Source: Tubiluchus corallicola
Taxonomy: Eukaryota > Animalia > Priapulida
NCBI GenBank assembly: GCA_030141605.1
Contig: JAQGDQ010000335.1
Location: forward strand, 124,001 to 188,000
Direction of reading: 5' to 3'
DNA length: 64,000 bases
The notes below the pieces were generated by a model. The model did not search any database, was not told where the DNA came from, and saw only the letters and a list, made by a program, of their open reading frames with translations. Shown here in pieces: positions 23,601 to 38,600 of the stretch. Made by a program: the position numbers and the translations under genes. The stretch's first letter is position 1. Each line of letters opens with the position of its first letter.

Positions 23601-26600
23601 CAGTGATATCTAAACATCAGTTAAGGTAGACAGACATTTGTTTGCAAGTTTTAATTTTCGGGCAATTGTGGGAGTTTATTCACAAAGCCTAATTAAATCC
23701 AACTAGCTAGCTTTCTGTTTATAGTGACAAAAATTAAGAATTAAAGCTAAATAAAAATTATGCAACTTCATAGAATTATTTAACATTTTTTCTGGACAAT
23801 GCATGATTGTAACTACAAATAATGTCAAGAAGGTCAAAAACATGGCACACATGAATAAAGTTTGCAACAATTATGTTTACAAGAAGATTTACCTACAACG
23901 AACCAAATCATAATTACGTTTTCATGCTCACGCTATATATTTTCATGCTATATATTTTTATCATAACATTATTCACTATATTTGTGTGAAAACCTTCCTA
24001 AATGCACATATTTCTAATTAGCCATAATATGGGCATGGTCACAACATGATAAAGAAGGTTAGGGCAAAGTAGAAATTTCTTAAATTTTAAGGAAATCAAG
24101 TAGAAGACACATACTTTAATAAAAACACAAAAAATCAAGGCAAAATTAAGTAGAAGTGATGTATTTTAATAAATGCAAAAAACCACTTAAAAGTAAGTAG
24201 ATCTAATCAAGTTAACCGAGTTAAAGCAATGCACAAAGTCAAATTAAAATTTAGCCATGGACTTATCACTAAGGAATCTCACTGTTTCTGTCAAAATTAA
24301 ATTTTAAAACTCCTCTATTTGTGGTACCTTTCTGTGCATATATTAATTACAGCAGTCAAATAACAAATAAAAATATTTATCACTGTCCAAACAAAGCAGA
24401 ACACTCTATGATCTAAAACATTGGAAATTCAATAATATGTTTACAAGTTTTGACAAAAGATACTGGCAACCGCTTCAATGGCACCCTGCTGGCTACAAAT
24501 GTCGTTATTTACTTCAGCCAGAAGAGGCAGCACCTGTTGAAGGAATGTAGTCATGGCAGTTACACCACAATATCTTGCCAAAACACCAAAGCATCTAGAT
24601 GCCATGTGTCTCACAGCAGCATACCCGTGTTTCAGCTTGTGACACAAATGCACTGTCAACGCCATAATCTGCAAAATGTGCCTGCTCTGTAGTTACAACT
24701 AATGGTATTAAATGTACGCTCACCAAAACAGAACATTTTGCTTTTATTAAGCCTTCCCACGGTTCATTAAAAATCGGCAAATGCTTATTGCTTTAACAAA
24801 GACAGACTTACCTTGGATTTTAAATCAGAATGAACTGCTGGCGTAATAACCTCCAGAAGTTGCAGGGAATTGACGAGCTCTTGTGCCACTTCATCCTCTC
24901 CAGACGTATTATTTACTGTTGAATTCTTTGCACTCTAAAATAAAAAATGCAACATGTTATCAGAAAAATGTAGTATTCTGCCCAATGCGAAACAAAACGT
25001 TATTAAAACAAGATGCATGAATTGAGATCTAAATCAGCAAGCAAGACCATGTTTCCCAGTGCCAGATGCTTACAACTAATTATCTCTTGACTATGTCTGG
25101 TCAATGTAAGTTATTCATTTGTGACTTAACAGTTTGCCCTAATTTTCACATTTTGGCTCCTATCTCAGGTCCTTAAATAATCCCAGCTTTTTTAGTAATA
25201 CCATTATCTGTCACCAGGGCCTGACCTGCAAATTTCATGATGACGCGTAATATAGTTTTAGAGTCATTTAATGTTATGAAATAAAACTCAATGCCCAACA
25301 GAAAATCAGTGTATGAGTTCTCTTAGAATCTGCTACTCATGGATTAATAAAGATCAAGTAATAAGTTCTGGTAAATGTTAAATGAAATCTGATAGCTTTA
25401 TTAGCAATTAGAAACAGCTGATATTTTGTTCACAACATTAACCAAGGCATCAAGCACATCTCACAATATATTACACGTTAAATAATTTTTGATCAGGCAA
25501 ATACTAATATCAGAAACTTTGAAAAGTGTTTACATTTAGATGATTTGTATTGTTGCGAAAATAGCGAATGAGTAATTAATTAGATTGAAATTAGATAGAT
25601 CCTAAATTTTGCCCAAGTTTAAAAAAACCCAAGCTTTGTTTCAGATTGAAATATGTGTAAGTGATGTTGAAGCTCATTTCTACATGTCTGTGATGATGAA
25701 AAGACTAGAGAATTTTACATACTAATGAATAAATGTTATTTTATAACATGACAAAAAATGAATAGTTTCAATATCTCAGAGGTTAGCAATCATATAATTC
25801 CAGCAGTCCGTTATATTCTTACCGCTGCAGTTTCAATTAAGCTGATGGTTTCCCATAGTGTAGGCAAGCGATTAAACAAGTCTGCCCCAAAATGTTGAGC
25901 AAGTGCTAATAAGGCAAATTCTGCTCCTCGACGCTGTAACATTAGTGGCTTCTTGCAATGCAAAAAAATAAATAGTAGTAATAATAGATGAATGAAAAAA
26001 AAAAATAAACAACTTTTTTGACTCAGAAATTTAAACAGTTTATACTCTATCAAAGAAAAACCTACTTGCATCAGAATTCAAAGAGAACAACTTTTTAAAA
26101 ATGTGGAAAAATAATCTCCTTACTCAGAGATGATCAAACTATGAAAAAATGTAGAAAATAATCCCCTTACTCAGAGATGATCAAACTCTTAAAAAATGTA
26201 GAAAATAATCTCTTTACTCAGAGATGATCAAACTCTTAAAAAATGTAGAACATAATCTCCTTACTCAGAGATGATCAAACTCTTAAAAAATGTAGAAAAT
26301 ACTCTCCTTAATTCATAATGTGTCCATACGCTAATGTTTACATGTTGAAGAATGCTCAACTATGTTCATAAATACAACATAAGCATAAGCAAGCTTCACA
26401 AGCAGTGCATATAAAAACAAGTCACAACGCCTTACTTTTCATGATATAGTCAACTATCTTTAAATCATTCTTAAGAGATTATAAACATTGTTATGATTTA
26501 GGTAAAATAAGCGTTAAATGACTATATAAATGTACAGAGAATCCCATCGAGACTTGAAACCTGAGACAAATATATTGAAAATCACAATTTATCAGATCAT

Positions 26601-29600
26601 AATTAAACAGGTTAGACTGTACAAACTCTTTATACCTGAATATCATCAGTGCTATCCTCAGACGTAGATGGCGATGGCTCCACCTGTACACTACCTGCAC
26701 GACGACCTCGCTTTGCTGGTCGGTCGCACATCATTTGCTGTTTAACGAGGGTGAAAATTCCATGATGGGTATCACATAAAGATTGAGCGCAAGCTTTTGA
26801 TTCTGAAGATTCAACTTAGAAAAAATATATAGAAGGTGAAAGCACTCAAACAAACCATTATATAACAATAATGCATTTCCAATAATGTAAGAATAGATGG
26901 TTTACAGTAAAATCTATCTAACGGTCGTTTAAATATGCTGAAATGTACTTCAGGATAAGGAAATGGTAGTCTAATGATAGTAATTTTTTCTGCCAAGAAG
27001 TAGAAATAAACATGAATGGATCATTTCTGTAAAGGCTATAAGTTTGGAAAAAAATACTATACTAAAATGCCACATACCAGTATTAGCCTCGTAGGGAGAA
27101 ATCCGAATGAGAGGCGTGCAAGATGGGTCACTGCACAACATTGTACAGATATTCTTGATGATCTTGGCATTCGGCGATGGCTGCCTATTGTCACACTGAT
27201 CAACCACTTCAGCTAGGACTGAAGCACTGAGTTTCTGGTCAAATATATTTTAAAAAATTGTTTACGTGCTTAGTACACTAACGACAAAAAACAATTGCTA
27301 ATGAAGAAAAACAGTCATATTATAGTAATACTGCAAAAACTTTCTGCTAAAAGTGATAGTGCAGAGTAGACTGGACTTGCCAACCTGACTGTCAAGCTCT
27401 GTTAAATAAGAGGGAACGGAATTATATTATTTACTATCGGCTGGCTATCACTTACATTCCGTTACAGTGAGACGATTCTCTTTCTACTTCTGGAAAAAAG
27501 CCAAGAATAAGATAGCCATTTGTGCAACTTCAGATATGATTAAAAACTTGCTAAACGCCCAAAATTCATCCATTATTTCAAAAAACTTTTTAGCAACAAA
27601 TGTTCACTACAAAAGTAAAAAATAATAGAATTTGTACTTTGCACCCACTTGTAACTGCCGATTTTCTTCCTTTTTTAGAGAATCCATTACAGGCCGTATA
27701 ACTGGATTCAACTTGTCTGGCAAGCACTGCAGTGCTATTAAAGCTCCAGCTTGCAAGGCTTGAACCCTTAAGTTTAAAATTAGATGATTACTATTGGATT
27801 TTTAACATCTGACTTGTCCTACTAGTAGTAAGAGTTCCCTACATAATTGTTAGTACTTGGATACTACAATTCAGTAAAATTCAATATTTTTATTGCCCGC
27901 AGAGAAAATCAGGTACAGCAGGTAAATGCAGAATGACGAGCTGCCAAAACAAGAAAGCATGTGTCTAACAATATATAGCCTCAAAAGTGCATCATTTCGG
28001 GAAAGCAAAGCAGTAGCATCAGAAGTAAAGCAAAGAAATTCCTTAGTTTCACTCTACACAATATTTTTGCAGTTCCCCAGGCTCTATGCTTTCTACACAA
28101 ATAAAAAAGTTACCGGTTTAATTTACATGATACCAAAAGTACTAAATTAAATACATTGATAAATTCTAAAGAACTAACCTGATGGAAAGATTTTGTTGTT
28201 CCTTTTGAGTTAGATTTGCAGTAATGGACAACACTCGACGTTTCGTCTCAATTTGAGTTTTAACTGAACCACTCAACTGTCCTATTACAGTGTCACAGAC
28301 TGTACTAGAAAGTTCTAGAGCATCATCTATCGTAATAATGTTTCTAAATTGACAAACAACAATTACAACAATAAACAGCTATATATTCTGCAACTTTTTA
28401 ATAAAGCTGCTCTTCATGTTTCGCATGGGTTGTAGTTACAAAATGACACTAACACTGATAACATTTTTATCTTACAACTACAGTAGGTGCCGCTTAATAG
28501 ACTCACTTTGGGATGGAAGTGATATGACCCAATTAACCGATTGATTCAATTAGCCAACGGGTGTAGCATATTACTACTATAGAAGTATGAGTATCATTCA
28601 TCACCTTAGTATGCATGCAAAGGCTTTAAGTGAATTTAGAAACGAATTAATGCAAAAATTCCTATGTGCAATTATTTAATATTACTAATATATGTAAGTG
28701 AATTAATAAAAAAGTAAATAATAAATCGCACAAATCTGATTATTACAACTAAAAATTACAAAAATTTATGCAAGATAATTGCTTAATTTCCTCAAGAAGA
28801 AGTTGGTTTATGAAATTCACATAATGATAAAAACGTTGAAAATCTGTTGCTGTATACTGCACATATTCACGCAAACCACCTAGTCACCTAGTGCTCGAGC
28901 TGTAGTTGGTGATAGCCTTATTACCCCTGTGAAAAGCAGCGGAAGTTTCGAAAGCAAACTGCTAGGCAAGTGATTAAATGTTTAGCTTCCAGAAACAATG
29001 AGGTTAACAGCAGCGGACAAGTTGGTGACAGATTCAAAGCAAAACTGCTACGCTAACATATTAACACCTTTGACAAACGTACTCTACCTGCTTGCAAAGA
29101 AAAACTGTACTTAACATGACTGTTTCTACATATTTGTAGGGCACAAAATCAACGTAAAAATGACACAAAAGTAGTAAAAGCTCTTTGGGCACACACAAAT
29201 ATCTTATTTTAAGTACATGAAGGAAAAATAATGAGTCACTTATGCAGAGTTATTTGAGTCAACCACCGATAGTTCTTATATACGCTTGAATAAGAGTGGC
29301 CCATATCAGACATTTTTGAGTCAATTAGGCGACTGATCGATTAACAATTGAGTGTAATAAACGATACCCACTATACAACTACTAGCAAGCTGCATCCTTT
29401 ACCATTTTTTCACTGATATTTATGTTTGTTCTTAAATCAAAATCCAAAAGGAAAACTGCTTTTTTCTACCAAAAGTATGACAGAGCCATTAACTTACCCA
29501 GAGTAAGTACTGTTCAGGTCTACTCCATGTTTTTTGAGCGTTACAATCAGGTCTTTACAATCGGTCTGCATTTGAGTAAAATTGATGGCTATTTCATCAA

Positions 29601-32600
29601 AGTAAATCGGTTCATTCAAGCTTTCCAGTAACTTAGATTTTACAGCATTCAGACAATTCATAGTGGCTTCCTAAATTTTAAAGCCATTAGTGACAATTTA
29701 TGATAAACAGCTTTTCAAAGAAAGAATATGTAATCTCTACAATGTATAAGTGTTTTTTATTTATAGATTTAATTGCACCAACTATGATAATTAAAAACAT
29801 ACAAGTAACAAAATTACCTATGTTAGTCTAAAACAGTTTTACAAGCACACAATAAAAGAGAATGTTTAACTCTATTAGCAGGAATAACAAACCACGAGTT
29901 AGTTATTTATGTTCCCACTGATATAAGAAAATGATATTTGCTATACATGCTAAAATATGGTATCAACCACCTTGTAATGCAAGTTTGTTTTGTGTAAAAA
30001 AATACTGGTTGGAGCAGATTTATGGCAGAACCCATAAATTGCGTGTCTTGTCACATTTCTGATTTTTGTTAAACAATGTGCACCACTGTTACTAGTAGTA
30101 TCTCATGACAAAATGATGCGCAAGTTTTTAATTATTTTTCGTAACTAAATAGATACATCATTCATAGATATATTAAATACACTTACCCTTGCTATCCTGG
30201 CCCATTCAAGAATTAACAACGATGCGGTTAGCCTCTGTACCGCTGATTTTGTACTAAGATGGAATAAAAGCAATCTACATAATGCCTCTAAGGGCATTTC
30301 TGTACCAAAAGGAATATTGGATGACGGTTGAGCAATGTAGGAACACAAGACCCCTAAACACCTACAAAGATAAAATGTAGCAATGAAGGCCTTTATATAA
30401 TATGCACAAATAAGTATGAATAGTTTTTTGAAGTTTCTTGATATCCTTCATAGTATCTTTTAGAACTCCCTCATTCAAATTGAGTTCTACACTCAAAAGA
30501 AATATAAATGTAAGTTGAAACACGTGCAATAAAGTTTCAATTTTTTTATCGAAACAATGTTCATAATTTTTACATAAAGATGCTTGTATGACTAGGGAAC
30601 TCACATACTTTGCAGCCATACACCTTGCTCGTATAATTGCAGCATCTCGTTCGCCTGCTGACCCAGTGATAACAGCCCTGCCTCCGATGTACTCCCGATC
30701 ATCTATCTCTGTCTGTACACTTTTGCCCTTGCCAGACCTTTCCTAGAGGAAAAACAGCATTGGAACATTCAATGACTGTAAAAAAAGAATGCGAAAATTG
30801 ATTACACCTAGGTACATTAATAAGAGCAGCTGCAAATTGGATAATACGTAAGTTAATATAATTTAAAAATTGTTAAAATGGCATATAATACATATATAGT
30901 GCAAGAATGAATCAAATGAGCCTAATAAGTACCAATTCTCACTATAAAGATGTGCCGTAATACAATACAGTACTTTACTTGATTAGACTATGGCATATAA
31001 CACTTATTTGACATAAGAAAAGAATCAAACAAAGATAACAATGATTTGCAAAGTCTGAAAAATAAGAAATTTCACAATAACGATGAGCAATTAGTATTTA
31101 CTTAAGTTGTACTTCAGTTTTTAAGTAGCACAAATCGCAAAAAGCAACCAACAAATACTCTCTGTAATATTTAATAGTGTACCTGTGAATGTGGCTTAGA
31201 TAAGACTAAAAGTCCAGAATCAATTGGAACACCAGCTGGTTGCATCATGAGATACAGCCAGACATTAAGCCATGGACATGTTGTAGTGATCACTGCCTCC
31301 AGAGGAGCCCTTTGCAACACAGTACACCAAACCTGAAAACAAAGGAATCAATAATAAGAAATGTTATCGAAAAGTACTTCACAAGCAACAAAAAGGAAGG
31401 CCCTGTACCATGTTTATTCTGGCAATTCAAAGCGATACTTGTACAAAACAAACGTTACAGAATCATTAACAGTTTGTTTTTAAGGGTAGTCCAAATGTAT
31501 TAACAAGCAATCAATGAAACAAGACTGCTTGTTGAAGATAGACAGCAGCAGGCTTACCATGTATAGGCCTTACTTTTACTATAACTGGGTTATACTATTG
31601 TCTAGTGAGCTGGCCCTGACACTTCACACTAATGTAATTTTAATCATTTCATAAAATACAAGAACATAAATCATTTCATAACATATATTATCCAGAACAC
31701 TACATGTTAACCATGTGTTAACTAGCAATGTATTAACTGATTGCAGATGGTTTTGTAAGCATATTTAGATCCTTTGGCATTCAATCACTCTACATTCATG
31801 GTACATAATGCCAAGGTTCGTAGATGCAAGTGTGTCCTTGTTCATCAGCTGCTTTTTTTGGAATATTTAGAATATGTTTTTTAACTGAACATTCTTTTAG
31901 GTTGTTTAAACAGTAGGTATCAATAAATGTCTTCTCTTGGCTTCTAGACTATAATACTTTCTCCTGGAAATCGTATCTTTGACCTTAACAAATAATCTCT
32001 TGCAGTTAGCCACTTTACAGAGGTTAATTGATTGATAGTTTAGCAAAGTAAAACTTTGGCTGGAACACAATTGTTTACCTGCCTGTTAATTAAAAAAAGT
32101 AAAAACTGTAATTTTTAAGAATAATACTTTGTAAACAATGTCCAGTATATCTGGTTCTCGTTCAATAACACCACGCTGAAACAATCGTCGCAGTGCATCC
32201 TGTATGACAACTGGTAACCAACCAGAAACAGGACAATGCAAATTTTCAATATTCACAAGAGTATTGACAGTAAGTAATGCAGACTTCCTCACAGATGAGA
32301 TTGTGTGATCAAAAAATGGCAGTAACCTTGGCACTAAGTTCTCCAATCCAATATCACTGAAAAATGATAACAATTTACTCAATTTGCCTGTACTTCACGT
32401 AAAATTACTACCACTACCAAACTGATCAAAGAAATGACAGAGTACAGAGCATTTTCCTTCACATTTGATTACGTTTAGTTACATTTTGTGACCAAGTACT
32501 ACTCTAGATGACTGAATGTGCGTAACATGAGTAACCTCATAATAAAAAATTTTAAGAACTTTTAATAATAACAATTGAAATTGAAATCTATTCAGTTACA

Positions 32601-35600
32601 TGGTATAGGTAATATCCCAAATGCTAAGTTATACAATAGCTGACAACTTGTTGTACTATTCAATGAAACTTAATGAATATGATAATGTAGACAATACCTA
32701 TGTGTATAAGACACATGTGAATTCGCTAACAAAGAAGCCAGCAACATCATAATAGAATTAGTTGAAGCTGTCAAGTCATCTAAGTCCAACAGTGAATCCC
32801 ACAGGTGAGTAATTAAAGGTGTTACCTATACATAAAATATGTCTTACAACACATACAACATAATAACTTTTATTCTGATGCAGTGATTCAAAGCTTTGCA
32901 ATTTTAATATAATGTAATTACATAATATAAATCAACTAGCTTAAATAAAATTCTCTGCCAAAAATGCTAAACTAAGACTGTTACCTGATTGGGTAAAATA
33001 GAAATAATATCATTAGCCACAGGTGCAAGTGATGCTGCGGCAACAGCACATACATCATCACAGGCATCTTGTAAACCAGCAAAAATACTGGAGAATACTT
33101 CTGGTAGCAATTCATTCATAAGTTCCTAAAAATACAAAAATTATTTTTTCAAAATGGTACAAGCGGTGTACTACTACGGAGGTAACTAAATTAGTCAATG
33201 GTCACCAATAGCTCTTATACTTTACAGTATTCCTGGGACTATAAGCACTTTTCAAGCAGTATGTGGAACTGCACATTTTAGCGTGACTCTCAAAGCTTGC
33301 TGTGACTCTCGTCATCACAGTTCTGAGCCCCTAAATAGCATATTTGAAAAAACATCATCTTGAAAGAAAACATGCACAGTCTAACATTAAGTATGTCCAT
33401 CTCATACCTTGAGAACGTTTTCTTTCACAAGCACTCTTAAAAATGCTAATTTAGAAATGAAGAGATTAAGATTTCATAAAAGCTTATGAATCATATTGTT
33501 TAAGCATTCTGAATTTGCACAAAACATGCGTAACTGACTTAGACGTTATTTAAAAATTTAACCAAATGAAATACTGACAATGCTTTCTTACTTTTTTGAC
33601 AGCTAATAAGTACTTCATGCCAAGCAATGCGCCATGTCTTGTTTCCCACTGATCGTGCTTTAACAGTTTTACTAGGAGACGTGTAACTTCCATGGCACTA
33701 TGACTATCACAGTGAGATAAAATCACTCCTATGACTTGTGCACATGTTTCGCGTACTGGTGCCACCACCTGTTAATTTATAATCATGATTTTATATACTG
33801 CATACCACTAAATGACAATGCACAGTTCTTATATGAGACTTATTAAAAACTACATGTTTGCTTTTAGTTTTAATATTACTTTGCTCTCCATGGTTATCTT
33901 TTTTTATAAATCTCATAAAGCATTAGTAGCTAAGACTACAAAAAGGCAAAAATTTTCTAAAAGGTATCAACGTTATACAGCTGAAACAAAAAAAGCACAA
34001 GTTTCTACAAAAAAACTCAGCTATTTCTAACAAATTCAGAGTGTGCATACAACCACATTACCTCATCCGACACAAAATCGCCAAATCTATCCAATGCCAA
34101 CACGCACAATGTTCTGAGCACAATATCATCTAACCACTGCTGGTTGGCTAATCTTTGTTCCTGAGATGTTGATGACACGTGCACACCCGCTCCGCCGCCA
34201 TGTTTGCATAGCACCTCTCTCAATCCCACTCCCGCACCATGGCGGATTTCCCACTTTGGGTTAAACAAGTCTTGAGCAAGATTTTCACAGAATAACTCAA
34301 ATGGCCATTGGTCATTCTACAAAATAGTATAAACATGGAATATTAAAACTGCACCGTAAAAAATTCTCATATTCAAGCACTATTAAAAAATTATACCCTG
34401 TTGTTTAGTGTAGCCTTCCTCAAAATGTCTTACAGTATATACTGCATATATAAAAATAAAACAAATTTGATAACATTACACTTGTTTCGTGTGATGAATT
34501 AATGTTGTAAAGTAAAGAAATCTGAATAATTCAGATCCAAACTAGCAACCATGAACTTTATTCTTATTTATCACTTGATATGATAGTCAGCTGCAGCTTA
34601 CTCATTTATTAAAACAGTAGAGTATTAGGCTCATAATGACTAACAAGTGTGCACACTGCTTGTGACTAATTATCACTTAACTGTGCATGATCCAGTGTGG
34701 TTTGCTCAAGTGTAACTGAGCACTTTGCTCTAATTTCCACATTTTGGAAATTCCACAATCAATCTTGGCTTCTTAAGCCATACCACTGTTTAAGCCCCTA
34801 CCCTAGGTGCCTACCTTTCACGTTTTGTATGCTAGTCTTTTACGTTTACGAGTTAACATTAATTAAAAGAGGATGCCTCCCAACACAAGGGACCAGTGAA
34901 TGAGTATCAATATAAAAATACAAAAAAATGTATATACAAAACAATAAGTTTAAAGATGCATTAAATAGACATAATCACCTCTTCCCAAATTTTGAAAGAG
35001 TCAGTGATGCTGTCTATAACTAGTTTTTCGCCTTCGCCTCCTTGTTCGACAATAACATTAGCAGTTTTTCGCTTTTTTGGCGGATGTTTAACATCTTGGC
35101 TCCTATTCAGAAAATAAAGCTGGACAACAACATAACATAAAACAAAAATTTTAAACTCACGGTCTAACAACAATTGCAGAAACTCCTAAAACATTCCAAA
35201 ATATATCTAACCTACTTGTCAACTTGTTAACTATCACTCGTGTATGCACTTAAATTATATTACAGTAAAGGCAGCCAGATCTCTACTAAACTAAAATTAC
35301 ATTTGATTATTATGAATGTTTCTGTAGTGAATCTAGCTAGAGTCTCTATTACAGGAAATATTTCTTCACATTTAATACTGAATGAACAAGAGCCTAGGAG
35401 CAGCAAACGTCTTTCATCTATTTACTGACAGCAATGCGTAACTTGGTCCCTTGGCACATACAGAAACCACTTAGTTAATATTCATCTTACTGTCATACGA
35501 TACTTCACTAGCAACACAATTTCAGCACAATAAAACTACAAAGAAAAACAAGTTTAACAAGAAGACTTTGCATGGACAAAATTTTAACTAAAAATAAAGC

Positions 35601-38600
35601 GTCTAGGCATTTTGCCCATGGCATTAGACATTTAAATATTTTTTGCCTCTCAAAGCAGCCACAAATAGTTAGTCTTATTAACAGCTGAAGTTACCCGAAA
35701 TCCTGCGACACGTCTCGTGATCGGTGCCTTGCAAGCTGCTTTGCCTTTCTCTTAGCCAAGTTCTTCTCCCTGGAACTCATGGATGGCACCAGTTCTGTTA
35801 GCTGCACACTTTCCTAGGAAGAATATTCTTGTAAGTAATACAGGAACAAGCAAAAGTAGAGTTACACTTAAATAAGCATTATACAAAGCATTGCATAAAG
35901 TTTTTAAGAAAGGAGTCATAAAACTCATAAATAAAGCACAAATAAATATGCTTAACTGTTTGAGTGAAAATTTGATTAAAACGTTATTTTACAAGCACAA
36001 GTTTTAAGCCAGTTAATCTAGTTGTCATTTTGAAGTTGTACAAGTGACCTTGGTAAGTGTTTTTCTTTGGTATTCAGTGACTATAGAAGCTGGAAAAAGT
36101 GGCGTTTCAAGTCGTGTGAACTAAATTCATAAACTGTACTAAGACTTAAAGTTTGAAACCTGAACACTCATTATTAAATAAAGTAGAATACTATAAACTG
36201 GTTCTTTTTCAGAAATATGCAATTATTTGCAATATTCTACAAATAGTCTGCTTTTAAAAATTCTCTTACTAAATATAGTTTTCAAACTGAATTAACAGAT
36301 TAACAAAAGAACAAAAATTAACTAAATATTATGTTTCTAGGAAAGTGATGAATTTAATTAATTCCTACTTATATTCACTTAATGTATTAGTTCTACCAAC
36401 TGTATTTACTTAGAATAATCAAATTACCAAATTTGCAATTAACAGGGTGATAAAAGTAATAATGTACAGGAATGTTGCACTAGCTTAAGTAGTAGTAAGT
36501 GATCAGCAAATCACAAACTGGTGCTAAAGCATGGGACCGAAGCACTGCTAAACAACATAAAGCCTTTTCACACACATTGCAACTCTACTACTGTGACAGT
36601 GGTACCTTTGATGAAACATTTTCTATGGTTTCACTAATATGTGACTGATTTTCCAAATCTTCATCTGTAAACAGATTGTTGCTTTGAAGCCCGAGAGGAG
36701 CCATGACATCCAGACCAAGCCTCTTATTTAATAATTGTCTTTGCTTAGCCAACTTCTCCTTTTGATCCAATCCTAAAAGTACAGATATTTTTATATGTAG
36801 TCAATAATAAAAACTAACAGCATAAAAGCATAATTACTAGCAATGCTGGTTTCATTCTTAAAAAGGCTGAAAGCCTGATTTCATGACCTAACTTTAGTCG
36901 TATCATCAAACTACTTGTTGTTTGTCGATAAATACTGGCACAATAAAAAATAACCATGGACACTCTACACTGCAGTCTTGTTGGCCTACAGCTTTTACAA
37001 TTGCAATTTAAAATACAAGCAGGCACAGTTCTTACACAAAGCTAAAAAATTTACATTGAATTTTTGTATAACGTACGTGCTACTAATTCCACGCAGAACT
37101 AGTGTTAGCAGTAACCGGCAGAAAATTTTAAAACTCAAACTTAGACTGTTAGCCACCACAATTTTAAAGATAAATCGTGAGAACCAACTTTGGGTAACTT
37201 CGTACAAATTTCAAAAAAAATAATCAGAGCACTTGTAGTGCACACTTCACTAACTAAGCAAAAGTATAAATTACTTTATCTTGCCAATGAAATTAATAAT
37301 TGATAAATTTTCTGGTGAGCCAGTGACATTTTTGATACACGCTGGGATAGTAAAACAGCGACATTTTACAACTACTGCAAACATTACAAATTATTAAGAA
37401 TTTTCTTTTTCAGTTACCTGTATAAGTAGAGGTATGCATAAGGCTAAGTAATGCAACCTTATTTGAGACGTACGTTAAAATTTCCTTTTCTTCCCCTTTA
37501 AGGTCACGGAGTGTTTTGTTAGGTCAGCATGTCAAACACTAAGATAAGTTGAAAATCTTTGGACAGCGTCGCAAATGTACTGATGGACTTTATTTAGTAC
37601 AGTATACTCCACTCAATAAATCCATCTTGGTGTGAAGCTAAGTGGATTTATTAAGCAGGTGGTTTTTCAAACCGAAGAGACTTAACAAATAGCATTTTCT
37701 ATGTTATTGCAGTGCCTATTGTTTATTTAGGAAGTCAATTATTTTAGCACTTGGGAAACTGCTTGCAAAACAATTTTAGTAAAGTGCAATAATTTATTAG
37801 TGTTTGTATAATTAAAGTAACTCGCGTATATTATGTTTATCCATGATGATCCTTTACATACGATAAGGTGCTCGTCAATTTAAAAAATGCAATACACGTA
37901 ACTTTACTTATATCAGTGACGATTCAGCATTCATTTATGTGAGCCACTGACATTCTTGTGCACAACAAGTTATCAATTATTAGCAATTATTAGAATTGGC
38001 ATGTTAGTTTAACCCAGTTAGATCGCTGATCTTGTGCTTGACTGATGCTTCTGCATTGTAACATCTAAGACAAGCTAAAAAGAACAATTGAGTAGAAAAA
38101 TACATACATGTAAAATGAGCTTACAATAAAGACGCAGATTTTACTAAGTTAAAGCATTACAGAGCCCGTTCCAGCCATAGCGGCACCAATTACTTAGCCT
38201 TATGCTTTCCTGTTTGGAACATACATGTAACTGAAAAGAAAATTCTTAATAATTTGAAATGTTTGCACTAGTTGTAAAACGTCACTGTTTTACTATCCCA
38301 GCGTGCATCAAAAATGTCACTGGCTCACCAGAAAATTTATCGATTATTAATTTTATAGGCAAGATAAAGTAATTTATACTTTTGCTTAGTTAGTGAAGTG
38401 TACGCTACAAGTGCTCTGATTATTTTTTTGAAATTTGTACGAAGTTATCCAAACTTGGTTCTTACGACTTATCTTTAAAATGGTGGTGGCTAACAGTCTA
38501 AATTTGAGTTTTCAAATTTATCACCCACAGATTTATTAAGCGAATTCTACTGTAATTTCTAAAATATGTCTAAGAAGGCACAATGTTCTAGTACACATTT

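Noticed and set aside
26094-26310. Regular repeat array as a possible CRISPR
   Set aside because: Units are contiguous with no unique spacers, there are no cas genes, and the context is a eukaryotic intron.
34690-34930. SINE-like degenerate segments, also at ~12090, ~16000, ~52500 and ~56030-56220
   Set aside because: No clear A/B box pair or TSD; no tRNA cloverleaf could be folded.
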